DNA from: a virus
UHGV virus genome: UHGV-0112899
DNA length: 64,000 nt
Reading direction: 5' to 3' (one strand)
A program made the translations under genes and the position numbers. This document shows, one piece after another, positions 1-8,632 of this stretch. The notes beneath the pieces were generated by a model. The model searched no databases and was not told where the DNA came from. It was given only the letters and a program-made list of their open reading frames with translations. The first letter of the stretch is position 1. Each line of letters begins with the position of its first letter.

Positions 1-43
1 GCATTTATCATCTCCATAAAACAAAACTCGCCGTAGCGAGTTC

Positions 44-73
44 AGATAAAAGAAAACCCGCACTCGGCGGGTT
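44..73 (-). terminator. rho-independent terminator (minus strand)
   Basis: 7-bp stem aacccgc/gcgggtt at 55-73; on the minus strand it is followed by a T-rich run (plus-strand A-rich 45-54). Confidence 0.5.
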
Positions 74-352
74 CGCATTCGTTCAAATTGCGTTTACTTC
101 TTGGCGTTCTGCTCATCCATATCGATATACCATGGGTTGCTTCCCTTGGGCATGTTTAACGACTGCTCGCGATAGTATCTGATGCGCTCCATGAAATACT
201 CGCGTGAGTGCTCAGGTTGCTCTCATGATACCTGCTCAGTGATAACAGGTATGTTAAGGCGCTCTCTGTACTCCATGCCTGATGCTGCAAGGTCAACGTT
301 TACCTTGTTCTGTTTTTCTTTCGATTTCTCGGCGATGTTATGCCTGACATTG

Positions 353-637
353 TCAACCCGCCTCCTTCTGAACATAACGGTTATAAATCAGTCCCTGAGG
401 GCCATAAGGAAGCGGGATGTGCAACTCCTCTGGTTCAGAAACTATCCATTCCCCGGCCATCTCCGCTGGAGAGGTAATGATAAGTTGTTTGCTAATAAAA
501 GGACCACTCCTCTCAACAACAAGCTTACCATCTTCATTAATAAAAGCTTGGATGTCAGGTGTGCTTCCACACTTAGTGATGCAGCGTTTGAACATTTTGT
601 GTCCCCCCATTTTATGGACGGGGTAATTATAACACAT
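353..637 (-). CDS. hypothetical protein
   Basis: 94-aa ORF with balanced composition, same strand as the neighbouring operon; no clear RBS, start uncertain. Confidence 0.3.
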   Translation of the reverse strand: MCYNYPVHKMGGHKMFKRCITKCGSTPDIQAFINEDGKLVVERSGPFISKQLIITSPAEMAGEWIVSEPEELHIPLPYGPQGLIYNRYVQKEAG

Positions 638-721
638 TGAAATATAGTAATATTTGACGTAGATTTCTTTTGATCTATAAGCGATTTTTTAATGCTTTTA
701 AGTTATAAATACTTGTTTTCA

Positions 722-1330
722 TCACCCATCTTGCTGCGGTGCTACTATTGAAAAGTACTCACACCCTTTAGCCCAAATAGTTTTGATAGTTGTCCAAGTG
801 ACTGGAACCTTGATTTCGATTCTCCCGCTGCCGTCACAAGTTTCGCAATCATCATCACCAAAGCATTCCGGGCAGCTTATAAACGTAGTTTCTGAAAATT
901 CACCGGATAGCACACCCTTAGCGCCGTTCTCAGCGGTTAGTTTCTTCGGCACTATAACCCAACCATCCGGAGTTACCGGAGAGTTGCCCGATGGCTCGTT
1001 CAACTTGCAAGTTTGGCTTACAGGTTCGGCTTCCAGTTCTGCTATGCGCTTTTTTGCTGTTTCCAGCTCGCCCAGCAGCGCCAAGACGGTAGCCGGATTG
1101 GCTGCGGCGATGAATTCAGCATTGGCCTGCTGTTCCATTTGGAAATCTTCATCGAAACCGCTTTCAGGATGCGCTCCTTCAATTCTGCAAATGGGAAGAT
1201 ATCCAACAACTTCACGATGAATTAGTGCATCACCAGCATCAAATCTCTCCTCTCCATATTCGAGCGACCACACACCACTCGTTGCTTTCTCTGCCTTTTC
1301 ACGCAGTGCCTGATAGTCAATCTTGCTCAC
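722..1330 (-). CDS. hypothetical protein, coiled-coil with C-terminal Cys-rich motif (Ead/Ea22-like)
   Basis: GTG start 6 nt after AAGGAGG; GTGA overlap with upstream stop; CPECFGDDDCETCDGSG cysteine cluster. Confidence 0.45.
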   Translation of the reverse strand: MSKIDYQALREKAEKATSGVWSLEYGEERFDAGDALIHREVVGYLPICRIEGAHPESGFDEDFQMEQQANAEFIAAANPATVLALLGELETAKKRIAELEAEPVSQTCKLNEPSGNSPVTPDGWVIVPKKLTAENGAKGVLSGEFSETTFISCPECFGDDDCETCDGSGRIEIKVPVTWTTIKTIWAKGCEYFSIVAPQQDG

Positions 1331-1830
1331 TGGTTGCCTCCTTTGCGAATCTGTTCCGCCCATTCTTCAAGGGATTTCTCCGCATATTCACCGGACAGGC
1401 CATCAATCGGATGCGGTTCATTAGCCAACTCTTCTTTCGCTGACAAAATCATGCGTGTAACGTCGAAAACTTCACGCAAAGACTTATTGATAAATCCGTG
1501 ATTGAACGCAGCAGCAAGACGGCTTGCGGTGTAGTTAATCCCCTCGTTGCGTGCCTCCGCACGTATTTCAGCCAGGAAAGCGTCGGTGGCTGACATATTT
1601 CCTGTTGCCTTCATGGCCTTCAAAATAACCAGAACGCCATCTTGCCCAACCAACTCGGAGATAATCTCAGTGTTGTCGCCAACAACCTCACAGAATGCCT
1701 GAACAGCTTTACGAGCAAGTGCATTCTCCGCCGCCAGCGCCGCGCGCTCTTTCTCAAGTCGGGAAATTTCCGTTACATACTCAGCGTTACGCTCTGCCAG
1801 TTGTGCGGGCGTTAAACCTTCAGACTTCAT
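1327..1830 (-). CDS. hypothetical coiled-coil protein
   Basis: 167-aa ORF translationally coupled to the downstream gene. Confidence 0.5.
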   Translation of the reverse strand: MKSEGLTPAQLAERNAEYVTEISRLEKERAALAAENALARKAVQAFCEVVGDNTEIISELVGQDGVLVILKAMKATGNMSATDAFLAEIRAEARNEGINYTASRLAAAFNHGFINKSLREVFDVTRMILSAKEELANEPHPIDGLSGEYAEKSLEEWAEQIRKGGNQ

Positions 1831-2137
1831 GTACTCTCCTTTCGAAATAAACGTACTGATTAATCATTCCCAGGGGCATTTCGAGTTTTTCTGCGATCTC
1901 ACGGCGGGGAACACCACACTGATGAAGCTGCCGCGCCAGTTCTATATCGCTCTGCCGGTATTTGGCTGACTGGTGAAAGTCTCCTTTCAGAATCATGCTG
2001 ATCCGCAGTTGCCGCGCTTTAGTCCTGACAGCACCACCGGTACGCCCGATCAGTCTCCCAATACCCTCGACTGTCATAGTCCCGGCGCACTGGCGGAGTA
2101 TCATGATTTCTGCCCTTCCCCATCCCCGCCAGCTCAC
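1820..2137 (-). CDS. hypothetical small protein with HTH-like segment
   Basis: 105-aa ORF in the same operon; helix-turn-helix-like stretch GVPRREIAEKL. Confidence 0.4.
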   Translation of the reverse strand: MSWRGWGRAEIMILRQCAGTMTVEGIGRLIGRTGGAVRTKARQLRISMILKGDFHQSAKYRQSDIELARQLHQCGVPRREIAEKLEMPLGMINQYVYFERRVHEV

Positions 2138-2745
2138 GCAGAACTCCTTCTAACCAAAAGAACGCCATCTTCAGAAACAACGTTGCAGGACTTCAGGTAA
2201 TTCATTGCCTCTTTCGGTAATGGATTCTTTGGATCGGCGCTTGCCAGGGATTTCGATAACCTCATGATAAATTTGATCATTACCTTCTGACGGAGCTTGT
2301 GCTCATGAGATGCAGACAGGTAATAGGAAATGGTATGGGCTAAACGCTCACGAAGCTGTTCTGTGCCGTGATATACAGCAGCGATATCACGCAGTGCATT
2401 GACCAGTTCCCGGTAAATATGCGGAGCAACCTGGCATTCAATGTTGGTTGGTGACTCATAAATTACATTCAGCCCCAGCTTTTGAGCCAGCTCGTGCTCT
2501 GCACGAGCGCCAACTGATTCCTCCCACCCCTTGAGCAAATAGACCGCATTAGCCGAACGCACCATTGCAAGGCAAATATCCATGTATTCGCTCTGGCAGA
2601 GGCCAGCAGGTAACAGCGCCGGATTCAGAACAATATGCCCTACCTCCATCAGCTCTTTTGCTTTCGAAAAAAACGCTGTGCGGTTGTAGTCGGGATAACC
2701 AGTCATCGGACCCGCGATGTAAATTTTCATAATGCGTTTTGACAT
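2134..2745 (-). CDS. nucleoside 2-deoxyribosyltransferase-like protein (DUF4406-like)
   Basis: N-terminal MKIYIAGPMTGYPDYN motif typical of this family; ATG at 2745 with GGGGA upstream. Confidence 0.5.
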   Translation of the reverse strand: MSKRIMKIYIAGPMTGYPDYNRTAFFSKAKELMEVGHIVLNPALLPAGLCQSEYMDICLAMVRSANAVYLLKGWEESVGARAEHELAQKLGLNVIYESPTNIECQVAPHIYRELVNALRDIAAVYHGTEQLRERLAHTISYYLSASHEHKLRQKVMIKFIMRLSKSLASADPKNPLPKEAMNYLKSCNVVSEDGVLLVRRSSA

Positions 2746-2940
2746 CAAAGTTTCCCCAGGAACGTTACGCAAAAGTTGATGAGAGCAAAGAGTTCAATGC
2801 CCAGCTCAAACAACGCCAGGACAGTGAAAAACAGGGCATATAGCAACCCAATTTCTGTACCGGATTGCTGGTGGATTGCACTTATTGCGACAAGCATCAT
2901 GACCTCCTGATATAGCGTCTGAAAAAAAGTATCTTCATTT

Positions 2941-2974
2941 TGTGTTAGAAAATCAATTTTGATTTTCTAACACA
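2941..2974. promoter_or_regulatory. 34-bp perfect palindrome, putative repressor operator
   Basis: tgtgttagaaaatcaa tt ttgattttctaacaca in a divergent intergenic region; half-site recurs at five other loci. Confidence 0.5.
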
Positions 2975-3017
2975 TTTGATCAACCATAGCGGCGATGTAG
3001 ACAAACCGGGTATTTCT

Positions 3018-3593
3018 ATGAAGCAAAGCTATTGGGAGAAACAGACACAAAAAGCCCTGCAAAAACTGGCTGATCCGAAATGGCGGGAGGAACAAAGGGC
3101 AAAGCGTCTTCAGCAAGCTCAACGCCAGCAGCAGCGTGCGCGAGAAAAAGCCGCATCGCCTGAATATCGGCAAAAGAAAATTGAAAAAGCGAAGCAATAT
3201 GAACAGCGAAGAAAAGAGAAGGCCGCTTCTGCTCCTGTCAAAAAAACTCGCGCGTCACGCGGCCTGAAAGGCAGAACACTCACAGCAGATGAGCGCCGGA
3301 TACAAACTGCCATCGGTGCTCTCCCCTGCATTGCCTGCCATATGCACGGACAGCATAGCCCTGTGGTATCCCTGCACCACATCTTCGGGAGAACAGCAGA
3401 GAACGCGCATAAATACGTCCTCCCTTTGTGTAAATGGCACCATCAACACGCAGCGCCAGCAGAGATCCGCGAGCAATACCCCTGGTTGGTTCCTGTTCAT
3501 GCTGATGGAAAAATAGGCGGCAAAGCAGATTTCAGGCGGCACAATGCTGATGAAATGACGTTGTATCAGATGGTGACTGAATTAATAAATTAA
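3018..3593 (+). CDS. HNH-motif protein with basic N-terminus, Ref-like (DUF968-like)
   Basis: Lys/Arg/Gln-rich N-terminal half, then CIACHMHG...HHIFG...CKWHH Cys/His cluster; ATG at 3018. Confidence 0.45.
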   Translation: MKQSYWEKQTQKALQKLADPKWREEQRAKRLQQAQRQQQRAREKAASPEYRQKKIEKAKQYEQRRKEKAASAPVKKTRASRGLKGRTLTADERRIQTAIGALPCIACHMHGQHSPVVSLHHIFGRTAENAHKYVLPLCKWHHQHAAPAEIREQYPWLVPVHADGKIGGKADFRRHNADEMTLYQMVTELIN

Positions 3594-3607
3594 TTTTCTA
3601 ACATTTT
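3592..3607. promoter_or_regulatory. operator-like motif copy
   Basis: aattttctaacatttt matches the dispersed TGTTAGAAAAT core. Confidence 0.35.
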
Positions 3608-3924
3608 AAGTTGAATTGTGAGATCCACCGTTGTACATTCACAACCGATTGGTACACCGGTCAACTTTTTGAGACAAACCGTTTGGTTTTTCGTATGATT
3701 GCCGCCGCCATACCAATGGCGGTGCAATATAGGTGGCTGAAAAGCCCCCGTTGACTCACGGTGTTCCAGCCTTTATTGCGCCGCCACCAGACCGTGGAAC
3801 AGTCGATGGCGGCTCCGAAAGCAAGGAGTCACTACACTATGAACAGCTACTGTCTTTTCCCATCACTCGTTGTCCGCCACTCACGCGATAATCTGCATTC
3901 TTTACTCGCGCTGGGGGTGTCAAA

Positions 3925-4092
3925 ATGACCGTTCGCTACCTCAACTTTCAAATCCAGAACATCACTGGCGGTTGCTATGACTGGTTTGTCACTCTCGGAA
4001 AAGAAGTGATCACCGGGAAGCTGGATGAAGTGAAAGCTAAAGCAATGGCCTACGCCTGCAAGCAAGCCCAAAAGAAGAAAAGAAAAGCATAA
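3925..4092 (+). CDS. small basic protein (55 aa)
   Basis: ATG preceded by GGGGGTG RBS; below the ORF-track length cutoff; terminator downstream. Confidence 0.3.
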   Translation: MTVRYLNFQIQNITGGCYDWFVTLGKEVITGKLDEVKAKAMAYACKQAQKKKRKA

Positions 4093-4197
4093 GAAAACAC
4101 ACAGTTGCGCCCTGGCATTATCGTGGGGTATATTTCTACGGCACCTTAGAAAAACGGGTGCCGGGATTGGAACCCCGGATAATGCAAAAGGCGACAC

Positions 4198-4220
4198 AGA
4201 CGCCGAAAGCGTCTTTTTTT
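4198..4220 (+). terminator. rho-independent terminator
   Basis: stem agacgc/gcgtct with 5-nt loop followed by T7 run. Confidence 0.6.
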
Positions 4221-4229
4221 GTGTCATGC

Positions 4230-4400
4230 CATCGCACAGCCATGCGTAGCGTTTAGCTCAGAGATCAATGGTAGTGCTGGCTGGGCTGCCGAAAGGCAGG
4301 CCGGTTCCCTTTTGCGCCGGTAGTTCCAACCCAGTCAGTGCTACCGCCATTGAGATTGGAACCTCACGCGGTAGCTCCTTAAATTAGCAAAAGGAGGCTG
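4230..4400 (+). ncRNA. candidate structured leader / antisense-type regulatory RNA (c4-like by position)
   Basis: long-range complementarity (caatggtagtgctgg vs cagtgctaccgccattg) plus ggctgcc hairpin directly upstream of the coupled small ORF and Rha gene. Confidence 0.25.
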
Positions 4401-4405
4401 CCAAT

Positions 4406-4621
4406 ATGGCTACTATCCCTACCCCAACTCATTCTGAATTTATCTGGCGTTTCTATTCCTGCCAAAAACACCTCTATATCTGCGTAATGGCTGCTACCGA
4501 AGCAGAGGCGCGCTCATACCTTCCCGAAGAACCCTGTATTTTTGCTGCTCGCTTCACTCTTGATGCGATGGAGATCCTCAATTACTGGAATCTGCCGATG
4601 AACTGCGTGGAGGTGCACTGA
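4406..4621 (+). CDS. small protein translationally coupled to antirepressor (icd-like by position)
   Basis: AGGAGG RBS; stop overlaps the Rha start (TGATG); paralog at 55481. Confidence 0.5.
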   Translation: MATIPTPTHSEFIWRFYSCQKHLYICVMAATEAEARSYLPEEPCIFAARFTLDAMEILNYWNLPMNCVEVH

Positions 4622-5562
4622 TGAATCTGTCCATCTCTCAAAAAGCGACAATGACCAGCATTGAGATCGCGGAACTGGTGGGAAGTCGTCACTCTGATGT
4701 TAAACGCAGCATCGAAAGACTTGTTGCTAAAGGAGTTATCCAACATACGCCATTGGCTACAGTTGAGAATAATCAATCACTTAGCCCTAATAAATACACA
4801 AAAGCCTATTTCTTCGAAGGCGAACAAGGCAAGCGCGATAGTATTATCGTCGTCGCGCAGCTCTCTCCGGAATTCACCGCCCGGCTGGTGGACCGCTGGC
4901 GCGAACTGGAGAATGTCAGGGGACCGTTAAAATCAAAAGCCGAAATCCTGGCTGAAATGGCGCAAATGCATCTTGAGCATGAACGCAGGATCAACGCCGT
5001 AAATGCCCAGGTAGCCGAGGTATCGGCACAAGTGTCCAGGGTCACCGAAACACTTGAGCAGATCAAGAAAGGCAATATTCCAGAAGGCTACATTGGCTAT
5101 CGCCAGTTGGCGGCAAAATGCGGCCTGACTGAAGCCAAATGCCGCAACCTGGTCAACGCTTACCGGATACCCACTGATACGCATGAGTTTTTAACTCCCG
5201 ACGGTTTGCTTGCGCGACGCTCCATTGTGGCCCTGGCCCCCTTCCGGAAAGCCTTTAAGCAGGTTATGTCGGAGGCAGAACCACGTAACAAACGCTGGTA
5301 TCATCCCAGGATGGGGCTATTTCAGGCCATTCACCATCCTGTGCCTGAAAGTCCAAAGGCAAACCTGTCGTTGCATACCGCCAGAGAGAAGATTAAAACA
5401 GGGTATGCAACCGTATGCCGTCGAGCATCCTGGCCTGAAAGTGTCTGGGTATGGCCCGAAAGAGGCTCACGGAAAAACTGGCGCACCATTCGCGACGGCA
5501 AGATCTGTGCGATTGATTTACAGCCAGAAGATGTAGCAGCGACCGACTGGATTGTTAGTTAA
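4621..5562 (+). CDS. Rha-family phage regulatory protein / antirepressor-like
   Basis: N-terminal SIEIAELVGSRHSDVKRSIERL (Rha-type); paralog at 55705; extra C-terminal domain present here. Confidence 0.65.
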   Translation: MNLSISQKATMTSIEIAELVGSRHSDVKRSIERLVAKGVIQHTPLATVENNQSLSPNKYTKAYFFEGEQGKRDSIIVVAQLSPEFTARLVDRWRELENVRGPLKSKAEILAEMAQMHLEHERRINAVNAQVAEVSAQVSRVTETLEQIKKGNIPEGYIGYRQLAAKCGLTEAKCRNLVNAYRIPTDTHEFLTPDGLLARRSIVALAPFRKAFKQVMSEAEPRNKRWYHPRMGLFQAIHHPVPESPKANLSLHTAREKIKTGYATVCRRASWPESVWVWPERGSRKNWRTIRDGKICAIDLQPEDVAATDWIVS

Positions 5563-5600
5563 TAGATTTGCCCCGGTCATGCCGGGGCTTTAACTACTAA

Positions 5601-5939
5601 GTGACCGGACACAGCAAAATGTATGCCACGAAAAAAATTGATTTCACTTATTCTTCCGCCACAATTGAGCGGCGCTTCACCCTCATTAGAGAGTTGGAAC
5701 TGTCAAAAGTCTGGTATCAAATTCTACTGGATGAAGAGTTCTCACTGATGATAATGGCTAAAAAAGAAGCAATGCCGAATGACCGGCATAAAGTCATTGC
5801 CAGCCTTGACCTGGTGACAAACAGATACTGGGAGACAGAGGAACTGCGTGAAGCGGGAGTAATTCGTGACCTGATGGAGAGTTCCGTTCCCCGCCGCTAT
5901 CGTGCGGGAAACGAAATCTCCGTGATTAAAGGGGCTTAA
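5601..5939 (+). CDS. hypothetical protein
   Basis: 112-aa ORF; GTG or downstream ATG start uncertain. Confidence 0.35.
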   Translation: MTGHSKMYATKKIDFTYSSATIERRFTLIRELELSKVWYQILLDEEFSLMIMAKKEAMPNDRHKVIASLDLVTNRYWETEELREAGVIRDLMESSVPRRYRAGNEISVIKGA

Positions 5940-6379
5940 AGCTCACCAGCACGCTGTTTTTCAAGCGTAGATTTAACATTGGGCGCTTTCCCTTTAAAAG
6001 AATGGAAAGTGCCACATTTTTCTGTTTTAACCTCGCGCAGAGCTTCGCCATCGGCGTTCTGCCATTGATGAGATAACGTCATATCACCGCGAGAAGGAAC
6101 ATCCAGCGAGTACAACGTGTAAGTTCCCCCCATCTCGGCATACTCCTGGAACACATAGCTCATTACGTCAGATTCAGTTTTCCGGTGCGCGTTATCAACC
6201 TTATTCCCATTCAGAAATATGGCGTTCGGATAGATTTTTATATCAAACCTACCGCACTTTACCTGCAAATTCCCAGCATTAGCAATCAAAGGAAAAAACA
6301 TTAATGCCGCTATAGCCAGCTTATTCAAGTTTGATGTCTTTGTTGAAGAAAATGGTTTCTCTTTTTTTATGCGTATCAT
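5936..6379 (-). CDS. secreted protein of unknown function
   Basis: N-terminal signal peptide ending LIANA-G; GGAG RBS 8 nt upstream of ATG 6379. Confidence 0.5.
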   Translation of the reverse strand: MIRIKKEKPFSSTKTSNLNKLAIAALMFFPLIANAGNLQVKCGRFDIKIYPNAIFLNGNKVDNAHRKTESDVMSYVFQEYAEMGGTYTLYSLDVPSRGDMTLSHQWQNADGEALREVKTEKCGTFHSFKGKAPNVKSTLEKQRAGEL

Positions 6380-6422
6380 TTCATTAACTCCATACATTGT
6401 TGTCTTTTCATCCAATTTGAGG

Positions 6423-7052
6423 TTAATTAGTACAATTCATTTTTGCAGCGACTTCGGCTACCCCACGATCAATGTAAGGCTGCTCACTTAATATCTTTTG
6501 GATCTCACTACGAATGCATTCCGCTGTAGGTTGCTTAGGTGCTTGTTTTTGCTTCGCGGATCGTTCAAGTTCCATCATGTTATTGAATCCTGCCACATCA
6601 CTTTGCCGAAGCATCCCTTTCCGGATAAGAAACTGCTGCCCTTCAGGCACCCAAGCCAGCATATACAAAGGCTGCAATAGATCTCCCATTCCTTGCTGAC
6701 GATAAAGCTCAAACTGCAACACGCCGTTACTTAACACCGACATTGTGTCTTTGGTGGAATACCCTGTCTTTTGTATGGCTTTGCCTGTTTCATCTGCTGC
6801 ATATGCAAATACACAGAACTCAATGTTGCTTTTAAAGAATGGCTCTACAGGTTTCAGCGGGATATTTTCTTTCTGGCAATAGTTTGAAACTTCATCAGGC
6901 GTATAGTTTGTTTTGGCGTTTCGCAACACCTTCAGCCCAGCCTCATACTTTGCAGGTAACGCGCCTGCATAGGCAGCATTAAGAGAAACTCCCCCCAATA
7001 TAACCGCGAGCACTGCTCCCAAAACCCTTAACTTCACAAAACCATCCTTCAT
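6423..7052 (-). CDS. secreted protein of unknown function
   Basis: signal peptide MKDGFVKLRVLGAVLAVILGGVSLNAAYA; same operon as 5936-6379. Confidence 0.5.
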   Translation of the reverse strand: MKDGFVKLRVLGAVLAVILGGVSLNAAYAGALPAKYEAGLKVLRNAKTNYTPDEVSNYCQKENIPLKPVEPFFKSNIEFCVFAYAADETGKAIQKTGYSTKDTMSVLSNGVLQFELYRQQGMGDLLQPLYMLAWVPEGQQFLIRKGMLRQSDVAGFNNMMELERSAKQKQAPKQPTAECIRSEIQKILSEQPYIDRGVAEVAAKMNCTN

Positions 7053-7267
7053 GTAAACAAACTGAAGTTTTATGTTACAAAAACAAACATCTACGCCAAA
7101 ATGACTTAGGCCAAATTCAGCGCGAATAAAAAATTCAAAAAAATTGTTGACACTATTCTGGAAATCACAATCTGGACAAAATCCATTGCGCAAACGGCTC
7201 CCGTTGAAGGTTCTTTTGACGACTAACTTTCAGCCGATGCGCGGTAGGGAGTCATAACGCCAAAGCA

Positions 7268-7291
7268 GGCCGCCATGTGCGGCCTTTTTTT
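7268..7291 (+). terminator. rho-independent terminator / attenuator
   Basis: stem ggccgc/gcggcc, loop catgt, T7 run; lies 27 nt upstream of the 7318 start. Confidence 0.5.
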
Positions 7292-7317
7292 GTGCCTGCT
7301 ATCGTGGAGTAAAAGCC

Positions 7318-7971
7318 ATGCAAAAGATCGCAATATTCAGTCTTTCTACTAACAAGCCGCTGATGGCTACGGCAGTCCTGAAAGACGGCGCGCTTGTAAT
7401 TGACAAAGTAAAGCCGCTCCCTGCATCTGCTATTGAACAAAAACGAAAAATTCCACCAGCAATTGCCGAGCTGCGTAAAAGTGAATTTAAGGTGCTGGTT
7501 GACGAAATCACGCCAACCATTTCAGCCGGTACAGGTGCCAGCCAGGTAACATTAAAAACACGGCACGCCGACGGCAGAGCAGCGATCATTGTCGGCATGG
7601 AGAGATACCGGGAGCTGAAACTACAAAGGCTGCTATCCCTGCCTGACAAGAACAAAGGGGCATTTGAGATCCCCGACTCTATCGTCGATACCGAATACAA
7701 CGGCAACGGTGAAGAGGTTTATCGAGTTAACTGGCAAGATATCCGACCAGAGCACATCCTGATGATTCTGTGCTGCTATGCAACGGTATACCACAATGTT
7801 GCCAGCGCGGATTACCTGAAACAAATGACAGGAGCGGTAGAGAAAGAAAACAAAGCAGGGATAATGGCCTCGTTCCTGTCCATTATCAGCGATCAAAAAG
7901 CTAAAGCAGGAAATACCCAACCAAAATCGCTGGCCGGGCAAGTAATTGATGAAGATACGGTGATACTTTAA
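7318..7971 (+). CDS. hypothetical protein
   Basis: 217-aa ORF with GGAG RBS. Confidence 0.5.
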   Translation: MQKIAIFSLSTNKPLMATAVLKDGALVIDKVKPLPASAIEQKRKIPPAIAELRKSEFKVLVDEITPTISAGTGASQVTLKTRHADGRAAIIVGMERYRELKLQRLLSLPDKNKGAFEIPDSIVDTEYNGNGEEVYRVNWQDIRPEHILMILCCYATVYHNVASADYLKQMTGAVEKENKAGIMASFLSIISDQKAKAGNTQPKSLAGQVIDEDTVIL

Positions 7972-8302
7972 TCAACTCAGTAGCTTTGTTAACTCCCTTA
8001 ATACCAGGTAGAAGAGTAACAAAAATACTAACGCCAGTATTTGCGTGGTCAACGAGGCGTTCATAAACAGAACAATTAGCTTTAACAATTCGAGAATAAC
8101 GTCCATGTCATTCACACTATTTAATTTTTAATCTACAGCCAGCAAACAATGAAGCTGGCCCCCGCATAAAGATTAATGAAAGTCACTTGTCACCAGTGAG
8201 GGGATTTATGAACCACATCCCCCTGAACTGGTGGACTGTCTGTTTCTCGCATTTCACACCCTGCATACAGTTCCCCCCAGGTTATGACTGTGAGGAACTG
8301 TT

Positions 8303-8632
8303 ATGAGTTACAGCAGGCTCGACGATCGATGCATTGAAGACGATGTGCTGCGCGCACTATTCCATCAGGAGATGATCAAGCGGGTATCGGAGTATCACTC
8401 CGATAATTTCCAGTACACGATAAAAATTGATGAGGTTTATCGCTCAGACCTGGCGGCCTATCGCGCCTATGGCAACGCTGATTTGCGCTGGGTATTTCGC
8501 GTGCTGGTGGGCCATGAGTCAGAAATGGAAGAAATGCCGGTCGGGACAACGTTAACTCTTCCTGACGCAGCATGGCTAAGAAACAAGATTCGCGATTACG
8601 CTGGCTCGGCACCGGAGATAGAAAATGCCTGA
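8303..8632 (+). CDS. hypothetical protein
   Basis: 109-aa ORF with GAGGA RBS; 8-nt overlap with the next gene. Confidence 0.5.
   Translation: MSYSRLDDRCIEDDVLRALFHQEMIKRVSEYHSDNFQYTIKIDEVYRSDLAAYRAYGNADLRWVFRVLVGHESEMEEMPVGTTLTLPDAAWLRNKIRDYAGSAPEIENA

Noticed and set aside
182-640. 152-aa plus-strand ORF at the left end
   Set aside because: Ser/Leu/Arg/Cys-rich composition typical of an off-frame translation; it overlaps a more plausible minus-strand ORF, and the local operon and terminator (44-73) are on the minus strand.
3847-4227. 126-aa minus-strand ORF
   Set aside because: Overlaps the plus-strand small ORF with a strong RBS and runs through a plus-strand terminator; odd composition.
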